In this document: positions 17,105-25,703 of the stretch, piece by piece | How the letters are laid out: the number at the start of each line of letters is the position of its first letter | Position numbering within the stretch: position 1 is the stretch's first letter | NCBI GenBank assembly: GCA_038523235.1 | Contig: JBCBJQ010000073.1 | Span: forward strand, 1 to 28,251 | Reading direction: 5' to 3' | Length of the DNA stretch: 28,251 nucleotides | Source: Cyanobacteria bacterium J06626_4 | Lineage (GTDB): Bacteria > Cyanobacteriota > Cyanobacteriia > Phormidesmidales > Phormidesmidaceae | Notes under the pieces: generated by a model | Told to the model about the DNA's origin: nothing | The model's input: only the letters and a program-made list of their open reading frames with translations | Databases searched by the model: none | Translations under genes and position numbers: made by a program

Positions 17105-17226
17105 CGATTATAGCGAGGGGCTGGCCCATCAAGCCCAAGCCTGCGGCTCCCTCCGGTCGGGCTTGATTCGAGATTACAGGGTGGGATGAGGACTGGACCG
17201 ATGAATCTGTTTTTGGGAATGCCATC

Positions 17227-17595
17227 ATGACTCAGCCGTTTGAAAACGAGCACCAACCGCCACCGGAAGCCGACCGGCTAAAAGCCTTTCAACAACAGCA
17301 AGAAGCTGACCAGCAGCGGCGTCAGCAAGAAGACGAGATGGCACAGCAACAGCAGCTAGAGCAGGAACTACAAGCCTTTCAGGAACAGCGCGACACCGAG
17401 TATCAGCGGCAGCGTGATGAAGACTATCAACGCCAGCTCGATGCCGATCTCCAACGAGCTGAAGACGTCGCCGCGAGGAGATCGACGCCCAGTGCCAAAG
17501 CAAGCGCAGTCCTCGAGCTGAGAAGCCACACCAAACCCAGCAGCGCCCCCGGAAGCTCCTGCCCTGATGCTCACAGACACACATTAAAACAGTAA
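17227..17595 (+). CDS. Gln/Glu-rich coiled-coil hypothetical protein (3' end possibly disrupted at the island edge)
   Basis: Biased Q/E/R composition with an internal repeat (EYQRQRDEDYQRQLD). Confidence 0.5.
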   Translation: MTQPFENEHQPPPEADRLKAFQQQQEADQQRRQQEDEMAQQQQLEQELQAFQEQRDTEYQRQRDEDYQRQLDADLQRAEDVAARRSTPSAKASAVLELRSHTKPSSAPGSSCPDAHRHTLKQ

Positions 17596-17771
17596 AATTA
17601 CCGTGTATCTGGTTGGAGGAAGCGTTAGCTTCTTAATTATGGGTCGCCTACATGAATAGAATAAACATAAGTTTGTGTTGAATGATACAAACTGTACAGC
17701 CAGTCCTCTAGGATTTTGCCTGGATCTATAACTATTTATGTAGCTAATCTCAAAAGAAAAATGAGGAATGT

Positions 17772-19124
17772 ATGAGATTTTTTAGATCCATCAGAATTAT
17801 TAGAGATAGACCTCAAGCTACAGATATAACTCATCTATTCTCTAAACGCCCTGTTTTGCATAGCAACCTTTCCCAAGAAACTTTGCAGAATGCGATTGGA
17901 GAACTACAGGATATCTTATATGCAAAGGGATATCTAGCACGTCTGAGCGGATTGTTTGATCAAGAAACTGAGCAAGCAGTGAAGGCATTTCAGAAGGATA
18001 GCCATCTTATACCAGATGGTGTCGTGGGACCTATAACGTGGGCGTGTTTACGGTATCCCATGCTCCAGCGACAAGGCGGGAATTTTCCTTCAGATATGCA
18101 GATGGCAACCAAAGAGCTTCAGTCTCTTTTGAGGGGAGAGGGATTGCAGGTCAAAGATCCGGAAGGACAATTTGGGCAAAGCACGGAGAAAGCTGTTAAA
18201 CGTTTCCAGAGGTTACATGGCTTGAAATCCGATGGCGTTGTTGGAGCATCAACATGGTCAATTTTATTGGGAGTCCGATTACCTAAAAGAGGCAGCTTAA
18301 ACAAGCACATATGGAACCATCGAAATTTGCAAAACATTTTAAGCAAAGCCAGAAACTTTTTGTTGTTTTGCTCTGGTGCAAACGTTGAGACCCTTTTAAG
18401 AGATGAATATATTGTTGAGCGCTACAAATATGAAGCTATCGGCATGTCTATTCTCTTTATGGCTACTATGGCCTCTATGTCAGGAGGATACATATTTTAT
18501 ATTCTATTTTCATCAAGCGTTATAGCTATTGCTTTGGGAATATTGTGTGGAGTGGTTATTCTTGCTTTAGATCGCTTTCTTTTTTCAACTATCAAAAGGA
18601 GTCCGGTCTCTTGGCGTCAATCAATTCACATATTTCCTTCTATTGTGTTTGCTGTGTTGTTAGGGATAATTGTTAGCAAGCCGCTTGAATTGAGGATTTT
18701 TGAGCAGGATATAGATGCTTATATCCAAAATGAATTTTATCCAGTTCTTGAGCAAAAAGAAAAAGTTGATGATGGCTTTTTGCTCAGGCTTTATGCTTTA
18801 GACAAATTATCAGAAGAAAACTCTTCTATATTATCAGTTCGTTTGCTCATTGCTTCATTACTCATTTGTGTTCAGGTTTCTCCTATATTAGTTATAATTT
18901 TAACCTCATATGCCCCTTATAATCTTGTTCTTGATGGCTCTTTGAACGAAAGCTATCAAGAAGCTATTAAAGAAATGGAGATGAGATATAAAGCAGAAAT
19001 ACAGGCAAAAGAGAGGGAGGTAGAGGCATATAGGATATATACAGATAGTCTTGAAAAAATATCCGAAAAACTTGCAAGTAAGCCAATTGTGGCTAATTTT
19101 GAGCGACACGCCTCAGATCAATGA
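17772..19124 (+). CDS. Membrane protein with two peptidoglycan-binding (PG_binding_1-like) domains and a DUF4407-like TM region
   Basis: Two copies of LQ..L…G.F…T..AVK.FQ….L..DGVVG..TW; CSGA…RYKYEAIG, LDRFL and SKPLELRIFEQDI motifs; about 4 TM segments. Confidence 0.85.
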   Translation: MRFFRSIRIIRDRPQATDITHLFSKRPVLHSNLSQETLQNAIGELQDILYAKGYLARLSGLFDQETEQAVKAFQKDSHLIPDGVVGPITWACLRYPMLQRQGGNFPSDMQMATKELQSLLRGEGLQVKDPEGQFGQSTEKAVKRFQRLHGLKSDGVVGASTWSILLGVRLPKRGSLNKHIWNHRNLQNILSKARNFLLFCSGANVETLLRDEYIVERYKYEAIGMSILFMATMASMSGGYIFYILFSSSVIAIALGILCGVVILALDRFLFSTIKRSPVSWRQSIHIFPSIVFAVLLGIIVSKPLELRIFEQDIDAYIQNEFYPVLEQKEKVDDGFLLRLYALDKLSEENSSILSVRLLIASLLICVQVSPILVIILTSYAPYNLVLDGSLNESYQEAIKEMEMRYKAEIQAKEREVEAYRIYTDSLEKISEKLASKPIVANFERHASDQ

Positions 19125-19142
19125 GTTTTTGGTGTTCGACTC

Positions 19143-19712
19143 ATGCAAAATGAAGAAGAATACCTAAAGCTTGTTAAAAGTTATCAACTTCGCATAGAGC
19201 TATTGGAGGAAAGGCTGAATTTGGAACTTAGAGCTAAGGATAAAGTGATTGAAACTATTCAAGCTCATAATGATTATCTTCAAAAGCTTCTGATTACTCT
19301 TTCGGAGAGACCTATCATTAACCAAAATACAATTGAGGTGGAAACAGTGTCAGATCAATCAAATTCCCAAACAAGAAATGTAAATTTCAATGCTGCTATT
19401 CAAGGATCTGGATATGTTGAAGGAAACAGCTATTATTACGATGTATCTAAGCAAAAGCATTCTTTAACTGAAGCTGCAGTAGAAATTCAGAAATTACTAA
19501 ATCAGCTCTCTCAAACTTATCCTGTAACTACAAGGTCAGAGCAGATTGTAGTTGCGACAAAAGCAATGGAAGAGCTTGAGAAGAGACCTCAGTTAAAGCA
19601 ACGTGTTATTGGGGCTTTACAATCTGGGGGAGCAGAAGCTTTGAGAGAATTAGTTGATAACCCTATCATTAATGTCCTTCTGGCTTTGTTGGAAGGTTGG
19701 AAATCAGTATAG
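19143..19712 (+). CDS. Hypothetical protein: coiled coil plus a common cyanobacterial C-terminal helical domain
   Basis: LTEAAVEIQKLLNQLSQTYP…KQRVIGALQSGGAEALRELVDNP…LEGW, a tail typical of cyanobacterial multidomain (e.g. pentapeptide-repeat) proteins. Confidence 0.8.
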   Translation: MQNEEEYLKLVKSYQLRIELLEERLNLELRAKDKVIETIQAHNDYLQKLLITLSERPIINQNTIEVETVSDQSNSQTRNVNFNAAIQGSGYVEGNSYYYDVSKQKHSLTEAAVEIQKLLNQLSQTYPVTTRSEQIVVATKAMEELEKRPQLKQRVIGALQSGGAEALRELVDNPIINVLLALLEGWKSV

Positions 19713-19784
19713 TTGTTCGATATTAGTCAGCAAGTTGCTACAGTTAGATATTCCGTCACGGCTCAGCAGTTTTAAGTTACAAGT

Positions 19785-20597
19785 CTAAAGCTTTATAGGT
19801 TGTCCTTTTCTTTGAAGTTCATCGAAAAGCTTTTTGAACTTTAAGGATATATTTCCACCTTTATCTGTAATGCGAATCAAACCAGCTACATAGGGGCTAT
19901 CATCTTCAGTTATTCCAACAATTTCAACAACTATTGAGATGCCATCTATAAACCAAATACTTGTCCAGTATTGCAACGGTACATTTAAAATATCTATTGT
20001 TGCTTTTAAGTTTTTGCATTCTCTTTTTATGTTTGCTATTTTTTCAAAATGCTCTAGTAAAGTCGATCCTATGTATTGTGTTCGTAATTGCTCAGGAATG
20101 TCTTGGCGGACCTGATTTATTCTGATATATCTAAACTCTTTTGCTAGGTTATCTTTGATTTTCTCTTCGAGGACTCGATGATAATTCTTTCTCTGTTCGT
20201 GATCAGTTCCCTTATAAGGTTTCTCTCCATGCCTTGTGGCACCTAGAATTAGTATTTCTTTCTCCGCGCTTTTTATCAATTCTGATAATTCTGAAAATAT
20301 AATTCCTCTGTATTCAATTCCTTCGTTCTCACGGTAAGTCTCATCGTAATATTCTACAGTTGAAATGGCTTGCTTGAAGACTCCTTTCATATATTCATTT
20401 GTGTCCTTTATCTGTGTGTGAATTATCGAAATAAAGAAAATTACTGTGAGTGCAAGTAATACAACTATGACAGCCAAGAATATATATTGGCTTGTCACTA
20501 GGTTACTTAGCCAAGTGGAAAATAAAGCAGATAATAATACTCCTGATAGAAACAAAATAAGATTCCATGCTAAGCCTGCTCCTTTTGTCTGTTTCAT
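19785..20597 (-). CDS. Hypothetical protein with 2 N-terminal TM helices and a soluble, possibly PLD-like domain lacking HKD
   Basis: Two hydrophobic helices (about aa 9-60); ELIKSAEKEILIL and SIWFIDG segments resemble the PLD-like fold. Confidence 0.7.
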   Translation of the reverse strand: MKQTKGAGLAWNLILFLSGVLLSALFSTWLSNLVTSQYIFLAVIVVLLALTVIFFISIIHTQIKDTNEYMKGVFKQAISTVEYYDETYRENEGIEYRGIIFSELSELIKSAEKEILILGATRHGEKPYKGTDHEQRKNYHRVLEEKIKDNLAKEFRYIRINQVRQDIPEQLRTQYIGSTLLEHFEKIANIKRECKNLKATIDILNVPLQYWTSIWFIDGISIVVEIVGITEDDSPYVAGLIRITDKGGNISLKFKKLFDELQRKGQPIKL

Positions 20598-20715
20598 GAA
20601 CTTGATTCTTGATGCCTAAGCCTTTAATTTCTATCTATTTATCATCTTGAGTTATGAAGTAGCCAGTTTTTCGATGACGGTTGCAATTCTCCAGTTTCTT
20701 GGCTGTGAACCTACT

Positions 20716-20854
20716 CTATGTGCCAGTTGAATGTCTATAGTGTTGGTCTAAGCGTCGGCGTCGGCAGTGGTGATGGTGTCGGCAAGCGTCGGCGTCAGCC
20801 ACCGACAGCCATTCTTTGAGCTGACCGACACCGACACCACCTATGTGCCAATTG
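20716..20854. repeat. YGTCGG hexamer array (5 forward, 3 reverse) bracketed by a 14-nt direct repeat
   Basis: Forward copies at 20753, 20759, 20777, 20787 and 20793 (1 mismatch); reverse CCGACA at 20802, 20825 and 20831; CTATGTGCCA(G/A)TTG at 20716 and 20841. Confidence 0.75.
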
Positions 20855-22190
20855 CCCAATACCTCTCCACCTGCCCCTCTATTTCTCGCCTCACCCGCCC
20901 CGCTGCAATCATCAATGTCAGCATCGCTTTGATCTGTTCAACGTTGGGTCTTGGGTCATCCGTAGAGCGCGTACAAGCCCTGGCAATATCCCTCGCCGTT
21001 TTGCCCTCCGATTGCTTCCTGAGATAGTCTAAAATCCGCTCTTCAAACGTGAACTTGGTGGCTTTTGGTGGTTCACAGGCATCCGTTTTCCCCTCCTCAA
21101 CTGGACACTTCACGACATCCTTCAGCGGCAGTTCTGATAGTGGTACTTGTGACAGCGTTGGCCCGCCATTCTCCCAAAGCTGCCAGTAGCCCGATAGCCC
21201 CAAAATTTCTGCTTCCTGCTCCCCCGTAAGCCGCAAGTCAGTGAGCTTGCAAAATGCTTTCACCATCTGCGCCTTCTTGCGTTTGCCACAGCCGACAATC
21301 GAGAAGTTTTTGAGCAAATCCTCATCGATGCCGAGCGGTCCCGCATTGCCCGTTTGCGACAAGATACCGATAAAGGCATTCACCGCCGCGCCCGCCGTCA
21401 GCATCTCGACAATGAAGCCCCGTAAGCGCTCCGACGTGGCTTTGTGTCCTTTGGTTTTGAGCGATTGCAGGATGCCTACGGCTTCGTCAATCACGAACCA
21501 CTCGCGATCGCCATCCGCCCCCTCTAGATGATTCAACAATGACGCTTCCCACTGGTCGAGTAGCCAGGTCATCTGCTGCCCCAACTGCGGCCCCCCGACC
21601 CGATACCCCTGCCAGTGCTCCGGCACCTTGTCTGTGGCTTTGGACGTGACATACCAAACCCGCTGCTCACTGCCAATCAGATGCTTTAGTGTCTCACTCT
21701 TGCCCTCCCGCGTCCGCCCCACCATGAATAGATGCGGTGCCGCTTCATCGAGCTGCGCCACCGCTCTCAGCAACGGGGCAGCGCACCCAGCGCTGGGTGC
21801 GTTCGTTCCATTCCCAGATGTCGGTGTCTGCCCCATCACGGGGCGATGCTTTTTTTCGCTGACCACGCCCATCGTCACAGCCTTGCGCTTCAGATCGAGC
21901 AAATCATCTGGCGTCAGATATGCCCCCATCCGCGTAAACGTGCCCTCACTCACCTCCAGTTCAATCGCCTCTGCTTCCCGGCTGGCGCTGGCCACCGAGC
22001 CGATCGCAATCACCGCCGCAAACCCACCCATCGCCGCAATGCCCCAGACCCCCGCAACAATTGCCCCCACCGGCCAGAGCAAGCCCGCCGTCGCTGCTGC
22101 AATCTGCCCGTAGCCTGTATGGGAAAGCCAACAGCGCGTAATCGCCCGGTTCTTCGTTGCCAGTAACAGTTGTGCTTGTGCTTCCGTCAT
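20841..22190 (-). CDS. FtsK/HerA-superfamily-like membrane ATPase with a C-terminal winged-helix domain
   Basis: N-terminal hydrophobic segments; PHLFMVGRTREGKS (Walker A), WFVIDE (Walker B), IGILSQ (conserved Gln strand); C-terminal EERILDYLRK….TARDIAR…IKAML..M…GRV wHTH pattern. Confidence 0.8.
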   Translation of the reverse strand: MTEAQAQLLLATKNRAITRCWLSHTGYGQIAAATAGLLWPVGAIVAGVWGIAAMGGFAAVIAIGSVASASREAEAIELEVSEGTFTRMGAYLTPDDLLDLKRKAVTMGVVSEKKHRPVMGQTPTSGNGTNAPSAGCAAPLLRAVAQLDEAAPHLFMVGRTREGKSETLKHLIGSEQRVWYVTSKATDKVPEHWQGYRVGGPQLGQQMTWLLDQWEASLLNHLEGADGDREWFVIDEAVGILQSLKTKGHKATSERLRGFIVEMLTAGAAVNAFIGILSQTGNAGPLGIDEDLLKNFSIVGCGKRKKAQMVKAFCKLTDLRLTGEQEAEILGLSGYWQLWENGGPTLSQVPLSELPLKDVVKCPVEEGKTDACEPPKATKFTFEERILDYLRKQSEGKTARDIARACTRSTDDPRPNVEQIKAMLTLMIAAGRVRREIEGQVERYWAIGT

Positions 22191-22198
22191 GACTCACC

Positions 22199-22726
22199 TC
22201 ACATAATCTTGCGAACGTAGCGCCACAGCAGCACATAGGCCGCGAGGCCAAACAGCGTCGTAATGGCAATGGCAATATTGAGCCAGGCGATCGCCCCAAA
22301 GGTCGGCGCATAGCGAAAGACCGAAAACGCCACTTTCAACGGTGGCCAGAAGAAGGCGCAAGCTGTGGCATCAAAGGCATAGCCAAACGTCGCGATGACA
22401 CAAGCAGTCTTGACGCGGCGGTTCCATTCCTCATCGCGCTCCTCAGTTGGCGTATCCAGCATCAGCAGTGGCCATACCTCCGCCGACTGGACAGCGGCCA
22501 GACACATCACCCCGACCACAAACCCCAGAAGGCGCGGGATACCGGGAATGAAGCCCAGCATCGGCACCCGGCGCATGAGACTGGTGAACAGGGTGGAATA
22601 GGGGGCAATGTTCTGACAGAGGACAAAGAACACCACCCCACCAAAGCCGATGAGAATCAGCCAACCAATCAACGAATCAACCTTCTTCGGATCGTTTTTG
22701 GGCTTTGATTTCTGAGTGCTTACCAT
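22199..22726 (-). CDS. Integral membrane protein (about 4 TM)
   Basis: Four hydrophobic stretches; overlaps the upstream gene and ends 8 nt before the ATPase start. Confidence 0.8.
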   Translation of the reverse strand: MVSTQKSKPKNDPKKVDSLIGWLILIGFGGVVFFVLCQNIAPYSTLFTSLMRRVPMLGFIPGIPRLLGFVVGVMCLAAVQSAEVWPLLMLDTPTEERDEEWNRRVKTACVIATFGYAFDATACAFFWPPLKVAFSVFRYAPTFGAIAWLNIAIAITTLFGLAAYVLLWRYVRKIM

Positions 22727-23094
22727 CCTAAAAAGCTCCTGATGACAGTGGTGTTATTTGTGCGAGCAAAGCCTTCCAGGGTGCCATTCTGAGCCACGAT
22801 CGCGGTGGTTCCCTGGTTGTCACAAACGGCACTCCCCGGCGTCAAATCCTCAACGCCCATTCCCGGCTGCAATGGCACCTCAGAGAGCACACAGGCCCCC
22901 GAGGAGTAGCGCGTCTCAGCGAGCTGTGATTCCGCTTGCAGGCGGTCTTGCTGAATCTGCTGATTGACCTGAGCATTGGCGGCAAAGCTTTGCCACTGTT
23001 GGCGATCCGAGCGCTCACTATCAAATGCAGTGGCGATCGCGCCAATCACCATCACGGCAGCAGGAAAAGCCAACAACATCATCGGATTACGCAT
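22720..23094 (-). CDS. Single-TM protein with a Gln-rich coiled coil and a small Cys-containing beta domain
   Basis: Start reassigned to the ATG at 23094 (MRNPMMLLAFPAAV…), overlapping the upstream stop; two Cys in the C-terminal domain. Confidence 0.75.
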   Translation of the reverse strand: MRNPMMLLAFPAAVMVIGAIATAFDSERSDRQQWQSFAANAQVNQQIQQDRLQAESQLAETRYSSGACVLSEVPLQPGMGVEDLTPGSAVCDNQGTTAIVAQNGTLEGFARTNNTTVIRSFLGW

Positions 23095-23662
23095 CGCGGC
23101 CCCCTCCAAAGATGTCCGCCAGCGCTGAAGCTGCATCCTGACCTGGCTTAGCTTTAGGCGATTGAGGCTGAGGGCGATCACGTCGCACCACCCAGACCAC
23201 TGCCACGGCCACTGCCAGCAGCAGCCCGCCCCCGGCAATCATCGGCAGCAGTCCCAACTCTGCGTTCTGACCACGAGCGGTTTGGATGGTCTGGCCAGGG
23301 GACTCAATGCCGAACTGCGGTGTCGTCGTGACCGTTGCGACCTGGCGCTGGGGCACCTGATCGGTGTAGACGATGGGGACATGCACGCCGCCTTCTTTGC
23401 AGTAGCCCTGCAAGTCCATCAGGCCGTGAGCCTCTGGCAAGGGCATGAGTGGATAGATGACTAGGTCTCGGACTTGACCATCGGGCAGGGTGAGCGTGTG
23501 GGCGACTGATGGCCCAGACGTGCCGTCGGTGCGAGTCGCAGATTCGAGATAGCGTTGGCCGGTCTGGTCGCAGGCAGGGCGAAAGGCGATGTCTGCGTGA
23601 CCAGCGGGCGAGAGGGTTTGTTGTGAGGGGATGGTGACCCCTCCGAAGGTTAGGTCTGACAT
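23087..23662 (-). CDS. Hypothetical protein with a C-terminal TM anchor
   Basis: GAGG SD; beta-rich N-terminal domain with two Cys; hydrophobic LLPMIAGGGLLLAVAVAVVWVV followed by RR. Confidence 0.75.
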   Translation of the reverse strand: MSDLTFGGVTIPSQQTLSPAGHADIAFRPACDQTGQRYLESATRTDGTSGPSVAHTLTLPDGQVRDLVIYPLMPLPEAHGLMDLQGYCKEGGVHVPIVYTDQVPQRQVATVTTTPQFGIESPGQTIQTARGQNAELGLLPMIAGGGLLLAVAVAVVWVVRRDRPQPQSPKAKPGQDAASALADIFGGGRDA

Positions 23663-23736
23663 GTTTGAATATGCCTCGTTGTAACGGGGGAGGAATTTAA
23701 TCAGCAGGATGATTAAGGCGGTGGCGACTCCTAGCG

Positions 23737-24351
23737 CTACCCAGTAGCACCATCGGTAGTGGCGGATGGGGGCTTTCCCAGCGATTTCAGAGATTTCAGA
23801 GATTCCTGTAGCGATTGCGTCTGCTCCGTTTGAGCCACATCTAAGTCACGGGCGCGATCGCGATATAGACGCTGCTCTAGCTTTAGTTCCTGGGCTTTTT
23901 CAGCCACCTTGTTCTGTGCCGTTTGCGTTACTTTGAGGCGCTGCTCACGGGCTTTGATATCAGCACCCATGCCTGCTACCAGCTGATCCGCGACTGCTAA
24001 AAACTGGTCGGCGACCTCGTCAGGATGCTCAAAAATCAAAGCTTCAATATCATTTGCTCGAAACTGTTCCAGGCTGAAGCCCAAGCCATTCATTTCAGGC
24101 TGAGCGATCGCCTTGCAGTGGTTGCCAGTCTCGACCGTCACCGCGACGGCCTCTGATGCCGTCATGGGCTCTATGGGCTGTCCGGTAATCAGGGCGATCG
24201 CCTTAGCGTCGTAGACAATTTTGCGTTTATCAGTTGGGTGTTGCGTGCCTTCAATCTTGTGGCCTAAACGTTTCTCGGCATAGGCTTTGCGGTTGTAAAC
24301 GGTTTGAAGGGATACCCCCAAACTTGAAGCAATGTCATTCAATGTTTGCAT
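23737..24351 (-). CDS. N-terminal HTH / C-terminal coiled-coil protein
   Basis: TLNDIASSLGVSLQTVYNR HTH pattern; heptad-rich C-terminal 70 aa; GGAG SD. Confidence 0.8.
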   Translation of the reverse strand: MQTLNDIASSLGVSLQTVYNRKAYAEKRLGHKIEGTQHPTDKRKIVYDAKAIALITGQPIEPMTASEAVAVTVETGNHCKAIAQPEMNGLGFSLEQFRANDIEALIFEHPDEVADQFLAVADQLVAGMGADIKAREQRLKVTQTAQNKVAEKAQELKLEQRLYRDRARDLDVAQTEQTQSLQESLKSLKSLGKPPSATTDGATG

Positions 24352-24361
24352 AATGATGCTC

Positions 24362-24475
24362 CGAATATGCTTAAAAGCACTTCAAAAGTGCTAAAAGGGT
24401 TTATAGCATATTCAAAGCAGCTTGAAGCATATTAAAAGTGTTTTTATGCGATATTGATGCTATAAAGTGCTTGTG
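24362..24475. promoter_or_regulatory. Divergent promoter region with degenerate tandem operator-like repeats
   Basis: GCACTTCAAAAG, GCATATTCAAAG, GCAGCTTGAAG, GCATATTAAAAG and the inverted pair AGCAC-TTCAAAA-GTGCT. Confidence 0.55.
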
Positions 24476-24513
24476 ATCTACTATTGAGGCGGTTGATAGT
24501 GCTAGAGGCGATA

Positions 24514-24678
24514 ATGCCCAAACGTGTAACTGTGACGCTGCCTGATACTGTTGCCAGTGACTTGCAGCAATGGTCTGATAAGCGAGGGCAAGCCCTTGCT
24601 ACTTGTGCTGCTATTGCTGTTGAGATGGCAATGGAAGTTCTCAAGGAAAAAGGCGAGATATCGTCCGCCAACAAGTGA
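24514..24678 (+). CDS. Ribbon-helix-helix (CopG-like) regulator
   Basis: MPKRVTVTLPDTVASDLQQWSDKRGQALA; 54 aa; GAGG SD. Confidence 0.85.
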   Translation: MPKRVTVTLPDTVASDLQQWSDKRGQALATCAAIAVEMAMEVLKEKGEISSANK

Positions 24679-24689
24679 GGCCAGAAGCC

Positions 24690-25289
24690 ATGACTGGTTT
24701 ACAAACAGCTAATCCAAAGCAAAAGCTCACCTTTGAGCAATATCTGCTCACGCCTTACGACGGGCGACGGACTGAGTTTGTTAATGGAGAGATTGTTGAG
24801 GTGACTGAGCCTAGCCCCCTGCACATCGACATCATCGAGAATCTGGCAGACTTGCTCAAAGCGTACATCCGCGCCCATGCCTCCGATTTAGTTGTGAAGT
24901 CTGGTCCTGGCGTACAAATTCCTCAAGTTGGACGACCAGACAACAGCCGCGATCCTGATCTGCTGATCTGCACCAAAGCGCAGTGGCAAGCGATGTCAGG
25001 TTTCACTAAAGCGCTATTTCTCAAAGACATCCCACCACTACTGACCATTGAGGTTGTAAGTCCTGGAACCATCAAGAAAGACACGCAGGACAACGTTGGC
25101 GAATATGCCGATGCCAAGGTTCCTGAATATTGGGTTGTGAATCCGCTGGCAGGATATGAGTCCGTTTCGGTGTGGGTGCTCGATGGCAGAGCCTATTCCC
25201 TTAAAGGTGAATTCAAAGGAGAGCAGCCAGTTCAATCAGATCTGCTAACTCTCTGGGATGTTACTGCTGCTGAGATGTTGGCGGGATGA
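24690..25289 (+). CDS. Uma2 family endonuclease
   Basis: LTFEQYL, EFVNGEI, RDPDL, PLLTIEVVSPG, VPEYWVVNP. Confidence 0.92.
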   Translation: MTGLQTANPKQKLTFEQYLLTPYDGRRTEFVNGEIVEVTEPSPLHIDIIENLADLLKAYIRAHASDLVVKSGPGVQIPQVGRPDNSRDPDLLICTKAQWQAMSGFTKALFLKDIPPLLTIEVVSPGTIKKDTQDNVGEYADAKVPEYWVVNPLAGYESVSVWVLDGRAYSLKGEFKGEQPVQSDLLTLWDVTAAEMLAG

Positions 25290-25366
25290 CGGCAATGAAG
25301 CGATCTCCAAATCCGAAAAAGCTTGTACGATCAGCGCCTATAAGGAGGTGATGACCTATGTGAACG

Positions 25367-25450
25367 AAAAAAAGCCCTGAAACGCAAAAACGATGACATC
25401 CCCCGCCAAGGAAATCGTCATCGCTCTGCATCAGGCATAAAAATTTAAGC
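25367..25450 (-). ncRNA. Putative counter-transcribed (antisense) copy-control RNA upstream of rep
   Basis: Minus-strand TTGCGC-N16-TATGAT promoter with an extended TG (25484-25457); long stem-loop GCCTGA…CGATGAC…GTCATCG…TCAGGGC followed by U7. Confidence 0.6.
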
Positions 25451-25703
25451 GCTTTCATCATAGCACCGACCCCGATCGGCGCAACAGATTACTGCGCTCA
25501 ATTTTGACCAATTTCTAGCGAAAGCATTGCCTGCCTTCGGGTAATGCTTATGGAGCCTACGTTTCAGCGCTCCTCGTTTCGCTAGCGCACCCTACATGGA
25601 ACGCAAAATTGATGAGCATCTATTCATTCAGTCTGGTACGTATACACCAGATCACGAGCTGTTGGACCATAAAATCGGTTAGGCAAAGACGGGGAGGTGC
25701 GGC

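Noticed and set aside
21241..22664. Several long antisense or alternative-frame ORFs over the ATPase and TM genes
   Set aside because: Shadow ORFs expected in GC-rich coding DNA; no motifs or RBS support
23095..23238. Trp/Cys-rich N-terminal extension of the 172-aa ORF
   Set aside because: It is an alternative frame of the upstream gene's TM segment; the ATG at 23094 gives a normal coupled start
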